The notes below the pieces were generated by a model. That model had not been told where the DNA came from and searched no databases. It was given only the letters and a program-made list of their open reading frames with translations. Positions 24,878 through 33,412 of a DNA stretch of 44,589 nucleotides are shown here, piece after piece (position 1 is the stretch's first letter; every line of letters starts with the position of its first letter). Both the position numbers and the translations under genes were made by a program. This DNA comes from Chitinophagaceae bacterium. GTDB taxonomy: Bacteria; Bacteroidota; Bacteroidia; Chitinophagales; Chitinophagaceae. The stretch lies in NCBI GenBank assembly GCA_036524255.1, contig DATDCP010000463.1:1-44589 (forward strand). Direction: 5' to 3'.

Positions 24878-27664
24878 TCAGTTTTGCGAATGTGGTTCTT
24901 TCTTTTGCATTTTATTCGAGCCAAAACGATTAAAATTATAACTCATGGTAAGCATAAAAAAACTTGGCACCACGTTGGCTTTCACATCTTCAAAATAATT
25001 TTCGCCAATTATCCTGTTGATACCATTATTCTGTTTTAAGATATCATAAATTGTGAATTTGATCTCGCCAGTATTAGTTTGAAAGAATTTCTTTGCAAAA
25101 GATAGATTCCATAAAAAGACATCCTCATTAAAACCGGCACTACGTCCTGAATTGATATAAAAATCAAGATCAGTAAGAAAGTAAAAACGGTTTTTGAGCC
25201 GGTAAGTGAAATCAGCTGAATAGGCCTGGTTGAAATATTTTGTATTCGCCCCGGTTTCTACCTCATAAGAAACAAGGTTAAAAACAAAAGCGCCGCTAAC
25301 AGACAGGTCAAACTGATCTTTCCCATAATTTATGCCGGCAGATTGATTCACCTGGAAAGTTGAAGTGAAATTCTTTTGTTTGTATAAAAGATTTGCATCC
25401 CGGCTCAGGTACATCATATTGGTAAGATTAACATTCAATCCCTTTATTTTTTTAAAAGGGAAATTCAAGGACCCGGAACCAGAGATATTAACCGACCCAT
25501 TCATATTTTCAGGTTTATAAATGATAGTGACCGGGTTCAATGAATCAATGCTGTTAACAATTTTATTTCCTGTATAGTTGACACTAAGATTTGCAGAAAA
25601 ATATCGTTGAGAGGCTAAGGCAAAGGAATTATAATTAATATTAACGTTATTTACAAACTCCTGCTTTAATGAAGGGTTTCCTGTTTTTATCATCAAAGGA
25701 TTACTAACATCAGGAACATCCTGTAATTGATTTACATTTGGCGCATTTGTTCTTCCCCTGTAATAAACTTTTATATTTTTTGAACGTGTGATAGCATAAT
25801 TAAAATTGGCAGTTGGAAAAAGATTAGTGAATCGTTGATGAATAGTAGTGTCTTTCCCCGTTGAAAGAGTAACACTCCTGTTTTCTAAATTGCTAACCTG
25901 GTAGCCAAGGCCAACCTGGTAATTGAACTTTTTTAATTGATGCCTGAAATTGAATCCTGTCCTGCTTGAAGTATTTGAGTAATCAAAATAATTTGAGAGC
26001 TGTGAATTCAATTGATCATACTTCCCAGAGCTTGAATCGTAATCATATGTTTTTTTATCTGAAATAGTATTGCTTGATGAAAAAGCATAGTTTATTTCAA
26101 AAAGTTTATTTCTATCAATAGGCTCGGTATAAGAAGCGCTGATCGTATTAATTCCGGTCTCGTTTTCCTGGAATGTCTTCTGGTTAAGATCTATAAAAGA
26201 AGCAATAGAACCATCGTTATTGTACGCAGTGATCGGAGAAATGTTATAGCCTTTTGAATCACTGCCGCCCGGGCTATTTCTCCAGCCTAAAGTAAATGTT
26301 CTGCCTACTCTTTTAAATTTTCTGCGGTAAAGTAATTCACCTGAATAATTCATTCCGTCCCTGTCGTCCTGTTTATTTGTTCTTACTTCAGTAGCCATGT
26401 ATTTTTCAATCCCATCGGAAAATGTAACACTTGTGTCAACTGTTATTCCTTTGTATTGCTGTTTACTAAAATTGGCTGTGTATAATAGGGAATTAACAGA
26501 ATCGATAACATATTCCCATCTTGCATTTACTCTGTGAGTTCTGTTACCATGAATAATATTGCTATAAGTACTTGTTTCGGATGCGGAATCCCCCGGGAAA
26601 GTATTTCTTCTGAATTTATTTTGTTCAAGAATATTCGAATTATCTGAATAAAAATAACTGCCTCGAAAATCGATCTTAGGACCCCATGAATCATTAAAAT
26701 TTATTCCCCCGGAAAGTGGCCGGCTCACTCCTCCCGATGTACCACCCGATGCATTCGCCATGCCCGAGCCTGTACCTCCGCCATTGGAAAATGATGAACC
26801 TCCTTGTGATGAGGCATCAGTAAACGTATAACTTACTTTATTTGTGTTGTTTGCCGAACCAACTAATGATATACGCTGATCACCTCTGAAGTGATTGAAA
26901 GAAAAATTTCCTTCGTAACGGGAATTGCTACCAATCCCTGCAGTAGCTCTTCCGAAATCACCTTTTCTTTTATCTTTCTTTAATTTAATGTTGATGGATT
27001 TTGTGCGACTACCATCATCGATCTTTGTAAATCTTGCTTGCTCACTCATATCGTCAAAGACCTGAATCTGGTCCACCATATCAGCTGTCAAATTCTTTGT
27101 TGCAATTTTGGGATCGGTTCCAAAAAATTCTTTCCCATCCACATATACCTTTTGCACTTGCTCCCCCATGGCTTTAATTGTTCCGTCTTTATGCACCTGC
27201 ACTCCTGGTATTTTTTTTAACACCTCTTCTACAGTTGCGTCGGGTTTTGAGTTAAAGGCATTTGCCTTGAATGAAATTGTGTCTCCATTCATTTTTACCG
27301 GACTTGCATCAGTAATAACAACACCAATAAGCGTTTTAAATTCCGGTTTCATTATTATTGTTCCAAGATCTGCAATGCGGTTAACAGCAGAAATGGAAAA
27401 AGTTCTTTTATAAACTTCGTAACCGGAGAATGATATGAATAATTGATAATCGCCGATGGAAAGATTTTTTAGTTCGAAGGAGCCTTTTGAATCAGATATG
27501 GTATAACCAACAAGTGATGAATCCCTTTTTTGTAAAACAGAGATCGTTGCATTGCTAAGTGTTTGGAGGGTGCTGTCACTAAGTTTGCCTTTTACTGCGC
27601 CTTGCTGAGCAGATAAAAAATAAGGGAATAAGCCACTTAGAATCAATAGGGCAAGGGTTTTCAT
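24878..27664 (-). CDS. Outer-membrane beta-barrel family protein with N-terminal carboxypeptidase-regulatory-like domain (TonB-receptor-like)
   Basis: Signal peptide ..FPYFLSAQQ. A CarboxypepD_reg-type Ig-like domain is present (GAVKGKLSD..ATISVLQKRD..GYTISDSKGSFELKNLSIGDYQLFISFSGYE), followed by a plug-like segment and a long alternating beta pattern. Confidence 0.8.
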   Translation of the reverse strand: MKTLALLILSGLFPYFLSAQQGAVKGKLSDSTLQTLSNATISVLQKRDSSLVGYTISDSKGSFELKNLSIGDYQLFISFSGYEVYKRTFSISAVNRIADLGTIIMKPEFKTLIGVVITDASPVKMNGDTISFKANAFNSKPDATVEEVLKKIPGVQVHKDGTIKAMGEQVQKVYVDGKEFFGTDPKIATKNLTADMVDQIQVFDDMSEQARFTKIDDGSRTKSINIKLKKDKRKGDFGRATAGIGSNSRYEGNFSFNHFRGDQRISLVGSANNTNKVSYTFTDASSQGGSSFSNGGGTGSGMANASGGTSGGVSRPLSGGINFNDSWGPKIDFRGSYFYSDNSNILEQNKFRRNTFPGDSASETSTYSNIIHGNRTHRVNARWEYVIDSVNSLLYTANFSKQQYKGITVDTSVTFSDGIEKYMATEVRTNKQDDRDGMNYSGELLYRRKFKRVGRTFTLGWRNSPGGSDSKGYNISPITAYNNDGSIASFIDLNQKTFQENETGINTISASYTEPIDRNKLFEINYAFSSSNTISDKKTYDYDSSSGKYDQLNSQLSNYFDYSNTSSRTGFNFRHQLKKFNYQVGLGYQVSNLENRSVTLSTGKDTTIHQRFTNLFPTANFNYAITRSKNIKVYYRGRTNAPNVNQLQDVPDVSNPLMIKTGNPSLKQEFVNNVNINYNSFALASQRYFSANLSVNYTGNKIVNSIDSLNPVTIIYKPENMNGSVNISGSGSLNFPFKKIKGLNVNLTNMMYLSRDANLLYKQKNFTSTFQVNQSAGINYGKDQFDLSVSGAFVFNLVSYEVETGANTKYFNQAYSADFTYRLKNRFYFLTDLDFYINSGRSAGFNEDVFLWNLSFAKKFFQTNTGEIKFTIYDILKQNNGINRIIGENYFEDVKANVVPSFFMLTMSYNFNRFGSNKMQKKEPHSQN

Positions 27665-27839
27665 GAATTGGATTTATCGATATAAAGATAATTCCTGTTT
27701 TTGCTTTTGTAAAGCATTATTAGCTTGAAATCATCAATATAAAAACGAATAAAGGATGTTTTTATTTGGGCAAATAATAAACTCGAAAATACCCTGAATA
27801 TAGAAAGAATATTTACGTAGAAGAATTACTGAAAAGTGT

Positions 27840-28526
27840 TTATTTAAAAATAGACTCATTAACTCCTTTGTTTATTAGATACTCAGTGTATGTGATCTCT
27901 ACTTTTCCCTTTTTGTTTTTAAGATTATCATCTGGCTTTTTTTCAGCCCCATCATCATAATCGAATGTAACCCCCTTTGGCAATTTATAATCCTTTGTAT
28001 TAAAAGAAAAAATGACTTTATCAGGTAAGCTATATTCTATGTATTTGCCATAGCTCATTTCCAGTTCATAAGTACCATTATCTCTTGTGGTGTTTTTCGC
28101 CTTTTTTATCAATTCTGTTTTTTCATCAATATAAAGCGTAGATAAAACAATCTCAGAGTTTTCATCTGATGGCAATAGCTTGAGAATTCTTAATCCAGTA
28201 GAGGACTCAGTACCAGCATCAACTATTTCATAATTTCCGGACCCGGAAAGAAATTTAGCAAGATTAATATTGACCGATCCTTTTGGAATAAACGAGATAC
28301 CATTTTCATTTACAATTCTCATTCTATCGGGTTTTTTATAATACACTTTCACTGATGCGATCGGCGCCTTTATAAAAACCACGTTTGTTTTCAATTTCCC
28401 TTTGGCAGTGTAATCATTTACCTTTTCCAGTTTTGCTTTTATTTTATTTATCAGCTCTTGCGGAGTTTGCGCCGAAAGTTGAAAGAACAAAAACAAAGCA
28501 AAAAATAGTATGAATATTTTTTTCAT
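27840..28526 (-). CDS. LolA-like periplasmic (outer-membrane lipoprotein-sorting-like) protein
   Basis: Signal peptide, then ..EKVNDYTAKGKLKTNV...VKVYYKKPDRMRIV.., which resembles LolA-like half-barrel proteins. Its start is 1 nt after the permease stop. Confidence 0.6.
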   Translation of the reverse strand: MKKIFILFFALFLFFQLSAQTPQELINKIKAKLEKVNDYTAKGKLKTNVVFIKAPIASVKVYYKKPDRMRIVNENGISFIPKGSVNINLAKFLSGSGNYEIVDAGTESSTGLRILKLLPSDENSEIVLSTLYIDEKTELIKKAKNTTRDNGTYELEMSYGKYIEYSLPDKVIFSFNTKDYKLPKGVTFDYDDGAEKKPDDNLKNKKGKVEITYTEYLINKGVNESIFK

Positions 28527-28527
28527 T

Positions 28528-29409
28528 TCAACTTAAAATATTTTTTCTTTTAAAATACCAAAAAGCGATCCCTAAAAAAACTACTGTGTATCCAATAAGT
28601 ATCGCTGCGCTTTTTACTATAGCAGAAAGGTTTTCAATAGATCCTTTATCTGTTACCCCATCAACTGCTTTTACATAAAAAAATCCTTTCCATCCCAACA
28701 TATGTGTTGTAAACAGGTAGGGTTTTATCGTTTCATCATAAAATGGGATCTGCATTTGAGTAAGTATTGTAAAAACAATAATAACACAAACCGTTACTAC
28801 AATTGGTCCTACGGAATTGTCTGAAAAGACAGAAAGCATAAAAGCTAATGATGTTACACATATAAGTCCAATGGCTGCAAAACAAAATGCAAGGGCATAA
28901 CGCCACAACACATCATCTGATTCCATTACATTAAACTGAAGTTCCCTTGGTACGCCAAGCCAGTTCACACCAAATAAAAGTATACTCAGAAACAATGCAA
29001 GTACCGCCATCCATATTAACAATACCAATGTATAAAAAACAGACGCGGTAAATTTTACAAATAACAATTGTATCCTGCTAACTGGTTTTGATACGAGCAG
29101 TCGAAGTGTTCCCATGTTTGCCTCACCGGCAATCGCATCGCCTGATACCAATGCAACAAGAATTGGAACATGAATAAGTAAAAGATTTAAGATAATAAAA
29201 CAAACGAGATAGCCATTCAAAATAATCTTGGTTGGTATTTCTTCAAAGCTATCTCCCAATCCACTCATCATCAGGCTAACATATTCTTCTCCGCCAAATT
29301 TTAATGCTATTTGAATTAGAATAATGATCACTGCGATAACAGCAAATGCGATATATGTTCTTGGTCTTTTGAAAATTTTAAATATTTCTATTTTCAGCAA
29401 TTGTATCAT
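28528..29409 (-). CDS. ABC-2-type transporter permease
   Basis: 293 aa with about six hydrophobic spans. Its start is 1 nt after the ATPase stop. Confidence 0.75.
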   Translation of the reverse strand: MIQLLKIEIFKIFKRPRTYIAFAVIAVIIILIQIALKFGGEEYVSLMMSGLGDSFEEIPTKIILNGYLVCFIILNLLLIHVPILVALVSGDAIAGEANMGTLRLLVSKPVSRIQLLFVKFTASVFYTLVLLIWMAVLALFLSILLFGVNWLGVPRELQFNVMESDDVLWRYALAFCFAAIGLICVTSLAFMLSVFSDNSVGPIVVTVCVIIVFTILTQMQIPFYDETIKPYLFTTHMLGWKGFFYVKAVDGVTDKGSIENLSAIVKSAAILIGYTVVFLGIAFWYFKRKNILS

Positions 29410-29410
29410 A

Positions 29411-30319
29411 TCAATGAGATGTAAGAGATAAAAAGTAATCTTCCAATGAATTTTTTTTCTGAATTGAAAATATATCCTGTTTCATTTCTCCCATTTGCTG
29501 AACAAAAGCCGGCACTTCCTCTCTTTTCATTTGCATAATGATCTTTTGCCCGTTTACTGAAATGATCTTATTTGCCCAGGATGTTTGCTTCAGCAGCAAT
29601 TCAAATTCATTTGCAGATCTGGTTTCAACTTCTATTCTCGATTGTTCAGGATTCAATAATTCATTCATATTTCCCTCTGCAATTTTTTTCCCTTTATGAA
29701 TAATCAGTAATGAATCTGCTACTTGTTCCATTTCACTTAATAAATGAGAGGAAATAAATACAGTTTTTCCCAGATCCTTACTCAGGTGATTAATTAGCTG
29801 TCGTATATCGGCGATCCCTTGTGGATCCAGTCCATTCATAGGTTCATCTAAAATAATTAGATCAGGATCATGAACCAGGGCTACAGCGATCCCCAATCTT
29901 TGTTTCATTCCCTGTGAATATGTTTTTATTTTACTATCTGCTCTTTCAGCGAGGCCCACTTTCCCCAGTTTATCCATTAATTGTTTGCGTTTAAGTTTTA
30001 ATCCGCTCATTGTTGCAAACAAATTCAAGTTCTCAATTGCAGTAAGATATTTATACAGATCAGGTTTTTCAATTATGGCACCTATTCGTTGCAAAATTTC
30101 TTTTCTATGTGTGGAAAGATCAAGGTCAAAAATTCTTATTTCACCATTGGCAGGTCTAATTAAGCTCAGCAGCATTCGTATAGTAGTAGATTTTCCTGCA
30201 CCGTTTTGACCCAAAAAACCATAAACACCGTTCTCTTTTACAGTAAAAGTCAAATTATCAACTGCGATGATTTCGTTGAATGATTTCGTTAATCCACTAA
30301 CATCAATGATTGAAGACAT
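29411..30319 (-). CDS. ABC transporter ATP-binding protein (ABC-2 exporter type)
   Basis: Walker A GQNGAGKST, signature YSQGMKQRLGIA, Walker B LIILDEP, H-loop SSH. Confidence 0.92.
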   Translation of the reverse strand: MSSIIDVSGLTKSFNEIIAVDNLTFTVKENGVYGFLGQNGAGKSTTIRMLLSLIRPANGEIRIFDLDLSTHRKEILQRIGAIIEKPDLYKYLTAIENLNLFATMSGLKLKRKQLMDKLGKVGLAERADSKIKTYSQGMKQRLGIAVALVHDPDLIILDEPMNGLDPQGIADIRQLINHLSKDLGKTVFISSHLLSEMEQVADSLLIIHKGKKIAEGNMNELLNPEQSRIEVETRSANEFELLLKQTSWANKIISVNGQKIIMQMKREEVPAFVQQMGEMKQDIFSIQKKNSLEDYFLSLTSH

Positions 30320-30338
30320 ATAGTAATAGTACGAAATT

Positions 30339-30346
30339 CAAAATTA
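30339..30346 (-). promoter_or_regulatory. Candidate -7 box (TAATTTTG) for the ABC operon
   Basis: The plus-strand CAAAATTA is TAATTTTG on the minus strand, 20 nt upstream of the ATG at 30319. I found no clear -33 TTG. Confidence 0.35.
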
Positions 30347-30413
30347 GCTCAAAAATTCTTCATTGAGAATGAGTCCTTTCAAAATAAGATAACAAAAATC
30401 CCCTTGGAAAAAC

Positions 30414-30520
30414 TTGCATGCGCTGATTGCACATATTACGTTTGTGATGTCGTAGAATAATGGAAGCATCGAAGGAAAAATTACGATAAACGATCCGTTA
30501 CTAATTCAACCCTAAGGAAA
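30414..30520 (+). promoter_or_regulatory. Cassette 0 promoter plus conserved leader
   Basis: TTG at 30414..30416 and TACGTTTG at 30437..30444. The leader has ATCCGT at 30493..30498 and TCAACCCTAAGG immediately before the ATG. Confidence 0.6.
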
Positions 30521-31144
30521 ATGAAAAAAATTATTACCCTGTTATTAATTAGTTTTTCAATAACCGCTCAATCAATCAACGCACAATTAGACCTGGCTTT
30601 TGTTTCCAATTTCAGTGCTAACCCAACTAATTCCTCCAATCGACTTACCTGGACAATCGCAAGTAATCAGAGTGTGAGTAGTTTCGAAGTTGAAAAAAGC
30701 ACCAATGGAAAAGACTTTAAGACTATTGCAATATTGGAAGTAACAGAAGAATTTAATACAGAAAATTATACATATACTGATACTGCGATCAGTGCAGACA
30801 AAATAATGTATCGTCTTAGAGTATTGATCAGGAGGAGCCAGCATGATTTTTATTCAAGGATTATTATAGTCAAGTCCAAAACGAAGCTTGATGACAATAT
30901 CAGGATCATGGAAAACCCTGTAAAGGATAAGCTTTTTTTCAGTTACAATTCTGCAAAAGTGCAAGTAGCAGATATCAAAATATATAGCCTGACAGGAAAA
31001 ATTTTAGTTAATCAAAAAATAAGCAGTTTTAAAGGAAATAATTTAATAACTATTCCATTAAGCTCAGTCTTTGCACCTGGAATGTATGTGATTGAAATTA
31101 ATACTGATATTTTAAACCAAACCGCAAAATTCGTAAAACAATAA
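30521..31144 (+). CDS. 'Headless' T9SS surface protein: signal peptide + FN3-like module + T9SS tail
   Basis: 207 aa. LTWTIASNQSVSSFEVEKSTNGKDFKTIA..MYRLRVL, then ENPVKDKLFF..GMYVIEINTDILNQTAKFVKQ. It is a paralog of the tails of the next three genes. Confidence 0.8.
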   Translation: MKKIITLLLISFSITAQSINAQLDLAFVSNFSANPTNSSNRLTWTIASNQSVSSFEVEKSTNGKDFKTIAILEVTEEFNTENYTYTDTAISADKIMYRLRVLIRRSQHDFYSRIIIVKSKTKLDDNIRIMENPVKDKLFFSYNSAKVQVADIKIYSLTGKILVNQKISSFKGNNLITIPLSSVFAPGMYVIEINTDILNQTAKFVKQ

Positions 31145-31190
31145 CAGCTTTTTCATAAAATACTAATACAAGCCATTAGCCAAAAGAAAA

Positions 31191-31217
31191 AGGCCCTTTA
31201 TAAAAAGGGCCTTTTTT
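31191..31217 (+). terminator. Intrinsic terminator of cassette 0
   Basis: Stem AGGCCCTT/AAGGGCCT followed by tttttt. The stem is related to the GGCCC stems ending the 3' elements. Confidence 0.8.
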
Positions 31218-31425
31218 ATGTACAAACAGATCTAGCAACAAATACATGCTCTACACATAAACACAAGATCATCATTTGTGAATGCAGTTGAATAATTCGT
31301 TGATCTACGAACTGCAATGATAAAAGACATAAAGTAATTATACTAAGTTCAAAATTAGTTTTAAAAAAAACATTATTGAAAATGAAACTATTGAGATCTT
31401 ACTTAAAAAAAACCCGTAGAAAAAC

Positions 31426-31607
31426 TTGCAACAATTAAATGTGCATATTACGTTTGTGTCAGCGTAAGAACAATCCAAAGTATCCACGAAAAACAACGAT
31501 AAGCAATCCGTACTGATACCTCTTCTAAAAGAACCATTTTCCGGTAACATTACGGCTGCTTCAAAAAATTCGAAAAATCGATCCGTTTAATATTCAACCC
31601 TAAGAAA
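31426..31607 (+). promoter_or_regulatory. Cassette A promoter plus ~150-nt conserved leader
   Basis: TTG at 31426..31428 and TACGTTTG at 31449..31456. AATCCGT at 31505..31511 and ATCCGT at 31581..31586. Stem CCGTACTGATACC (31508..31520) with GGTAACATTACGG (31543..31555). TCAACCCTAAG lies before the ATG. Confidence 0.6.
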
Positions 31608-32726
31608 ATGAAAAAGATCTTTACCCTTTGCACCCTTGTAACATTGTCACTTTTTGCGAATAACTCATATTCGCAGATTAATGTAAACTTTGATAATGGG
31701 TTTGCCCCCCTTCAAGCCGATTGCTGGCAGTTCACTAACATGATGCATGCAACCACCCCTTCCGGTTATGTTATTAATGGGAATGGAAGTGCATACTCAG
31801 AGCCACCAGTAAGTTCCGACAGTTTACGTATTATGCGTACACCGTTCCTCGATTTTGGAACTGTTGTCGATGTATCTTTTGTTTACAGAATTAGCAGCAA
31901 TCTAAATGGCCTTGCAACAAGGTTTATAAAACTTGACCTGGTGAATTCTGCAGGAGTAGTTGTTCAGACTCTTGACAGCTTTAACATCAGTAATGCCGCT
32001 ACAACTTCTACTTTATACAGCCAGACGTTTGCGGTTAATACTCCAGGTATGTATAGATTTTCTCTTACCATGGGTGGAAAAACAGGAGCTGGTAATGTAA
32101 GAACATCAATTGATGATCTAAATGTAAATGCCCCGGTAATAGGCTGTGACGCTGTCGAAGTAAACAAGGTATTGCCTGTTCATCTTATCGCTTTCCAGGG
32201 TAACCTTAATAAGAATAATAAAGTAACTCTTAACTGGACTGTTGCTGATAATGAGATCGCCGGAAATTTTGAAGTAGAAAGAAGTTTTAACGGAAGAGAT
32301 TTTACAACGGTTGGTTTTGTATTTGCTTCTGAAAAAATGGGAACTGAAAACTATATGTTTTATGAAACAATAAGTGGTACAGATAAAGTGATGTATCGTC
32401 TTAAAATGATCGATAAACATCATGAAGTTAGTTATTCAAGAATACTGATCTTCCAGTTGAAATCTACGACCACTAATAATATCAAGATCATCGGTAACCC
32501 TGTAAACGATAAACTTACTTTCAGCTACACTTCTGCAGGCACACAAATGGTTGATGTAAAAGTTTACGATATAAGTGGCAGAATATTATTAAATAATAAA
32601 GTAAATAGCCTGGAAGGCAGCAACGTGATAAGCCTGCCATTAAGTTCAACTTTCAAGGCTGGTATGTATGTGGTAGAAGTAAATAACGGAACCGAAGTTC
32701 ATTCATCAAAATTTGTAAAGCAATAA
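31608..32726 (+). CDS. T9SS surface protein with ~170-aa beta-rich head + shared FN3-like/T9SS tail
   Basis: Signal peptide ..LFANNSYSQ and a head of unknown family. The tail is almost identical to that of the next gene. Confidence 0.85.
   Translation: MKKIFTLCTLVTLSLFANNSYSQINVNFDNGFAPLQADCWQFTNMMHATTPSGYVINGNGSAYSEPPVSSDSLRIMRTPFLDFGTVVDVSFVYRISSNLNGLATRFIKLDLVNSAGVVVQTLDSFNISNAATTSTLYSQTFAVNTPGMYRFSLTMGGKTGAGNVRTSIDDLNVNAPVIGCDAVEVNKVLPVHLIAFQGNLNKNNKVTLNWTVADNEIAGNFEVERSFNGRDFTTVGFVFASEKMGTENYMFYETISGTDKVMYRLKMIDKHHEVSYSRILIFQLKSTTTNNIKIIGNPVNDKLTFSYTSAGTQMVDVKVYDISGRILLNNKVNSLEGSNVISLPLSSTFKAGMYVVEVNNGTEVHSSKFVKQ
32171..32726 (+). repeat. Copy 1 of a 556-bp near-identical direct repeat (partner at 34474..35029)
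   Basis: Both copies run from ATTGCCTGTTCATCTTAT.. to the stop codon with no indels. By eye I count roughly 20 substitutions. Confidence 0.9.
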
Positions 32727-32799
32727 AACATTATTAACTCAATTAACTTTTCATTTCTTAGATAATACTTCTATTTCATTGAAAAAAATCGAATTGAAT

Positions 32800-32829
32800 A
32801 AAAGCCGAAAAAAATTCGGCTTTTATTTT
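32800..32829 (+). terminator. Intrinsic terminator of cassette A, inside a 126-nt insertion
   Basis: Stem AAAGCCGAA/TTCGGCTTT followed by tattttaaaa. Confidence 0.75.
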
Positions 32830-32852
32830 AAAAAAAGAAATTAAATGTTCAA

Positions 32853-33036
32853 ACAAGCCATCTTCCCGAAATCTGGAGGGAGCAAAGGAAGATAGGAACA
32901 AGCAATCCTCGTCAATCAAAAAGATCTCCTGATACTAAGTCAAAGATTCTGACGACTGGTTAAACCCTTGAAAAATTTTCATACACTTAGAGTATCAACG
33001 GAGACGGGCCCTATTTCTATAGGGCCTTTTTTATTT
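32853..33036 (+). ncRNA. Conserved structured 3' element, copy A (candidate 3'-UTR-derived or stand-alone small RNA), ending in an intrinsic terminator
   Basis: Nearly identical to 35038..35220. Hairpin ATCTTCC/GGAAGAT; long-range helix TCTCC-TGATAC-TAAG with CTTA-(GA)-GTATCA-(AC)-GGAGA; terminator GGCCCTAT ttct ATAGGGCC + tttttt at 33007..33036. Confidence 0.45.
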
Positions 33037-33238
33037 ATAATAGATCAGGACAAAAGAACATATCTTCTTTACAATAAAAATCAGATCATTATTTGTGTTG
33101 CCTGTTGAATGATTTTTTAATACACATCTTAAATGTTACAAGACTTAAGCATTAGACTAAGTTCTAAAATTTGTTTTAAAAAAATTTGTTGAAAATGAGT
33201 CTATTGAAATTTTACTTGAAAAAAACCCTTAGAAAAAG

Positions 33239-33412
33239 TTGCAACAATTAAATGTGTGTATTACGTTTGTATCAGCGTAAAGAATCCACCGATCCCCGAA
33301 AAACTCCGATAAGTAATCCGTACTGATACCTCCTCTAAAAAAAATTTCCCGGTAACATTACGGTAGCTTCTAAAGTTAGACACAACAATCCGTCATACAT
33401 CAACCCTAAGAA
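33239..33412 (+). promoter_or_regulatory. Cassette B promoter plus ~140-nt conserved leader
   Basis: TTG at 33239..33241 and TACGTTTG at 33262..33269. AATCCGT at 33315..33321 and 33387..33393. Stem 33318..33330 with 33351..33363. TCAACCCTAAG lies before the ATG. Confidence 0.6.

Noticed and set aside
31185-31357. A possible divergent ~150-nt minus-strand sRNA: TAATTTTG -7 box at 31350..31357, internal TGCAG..TTCGT/ACGAA..CTGCA hairpin, ending at the bidirectional-looking terminator at 31191..31217.
   Set aside because: The homologous region upstream of cassette B has lost both the -7 box (CTAAAATT) and the hairpin, so the features are not conserved between copies. This could be revisited with transcript data.
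31338-31550. A 70-aa minus-strand ORF in the spacer before cassette A.
   Set aside because: It overlaps the conserved promoter and leader of the plus-strand gene. Its homologous region before cassette B has no matching ORF, and the translation is low-complexity.
32936-32982. A small minus-strand ORF (MKIF..) inside the conserved 3' element.
   Set aside because: Copies B and C would give related 22- and 28-aa peptides, but copy A has a 1-nt indel that shifts the frame after 4 codons (MKIFQGFNQSSESLT*). The terminator also reads only on the plus strand, so conservation is better explained at the RNA level.
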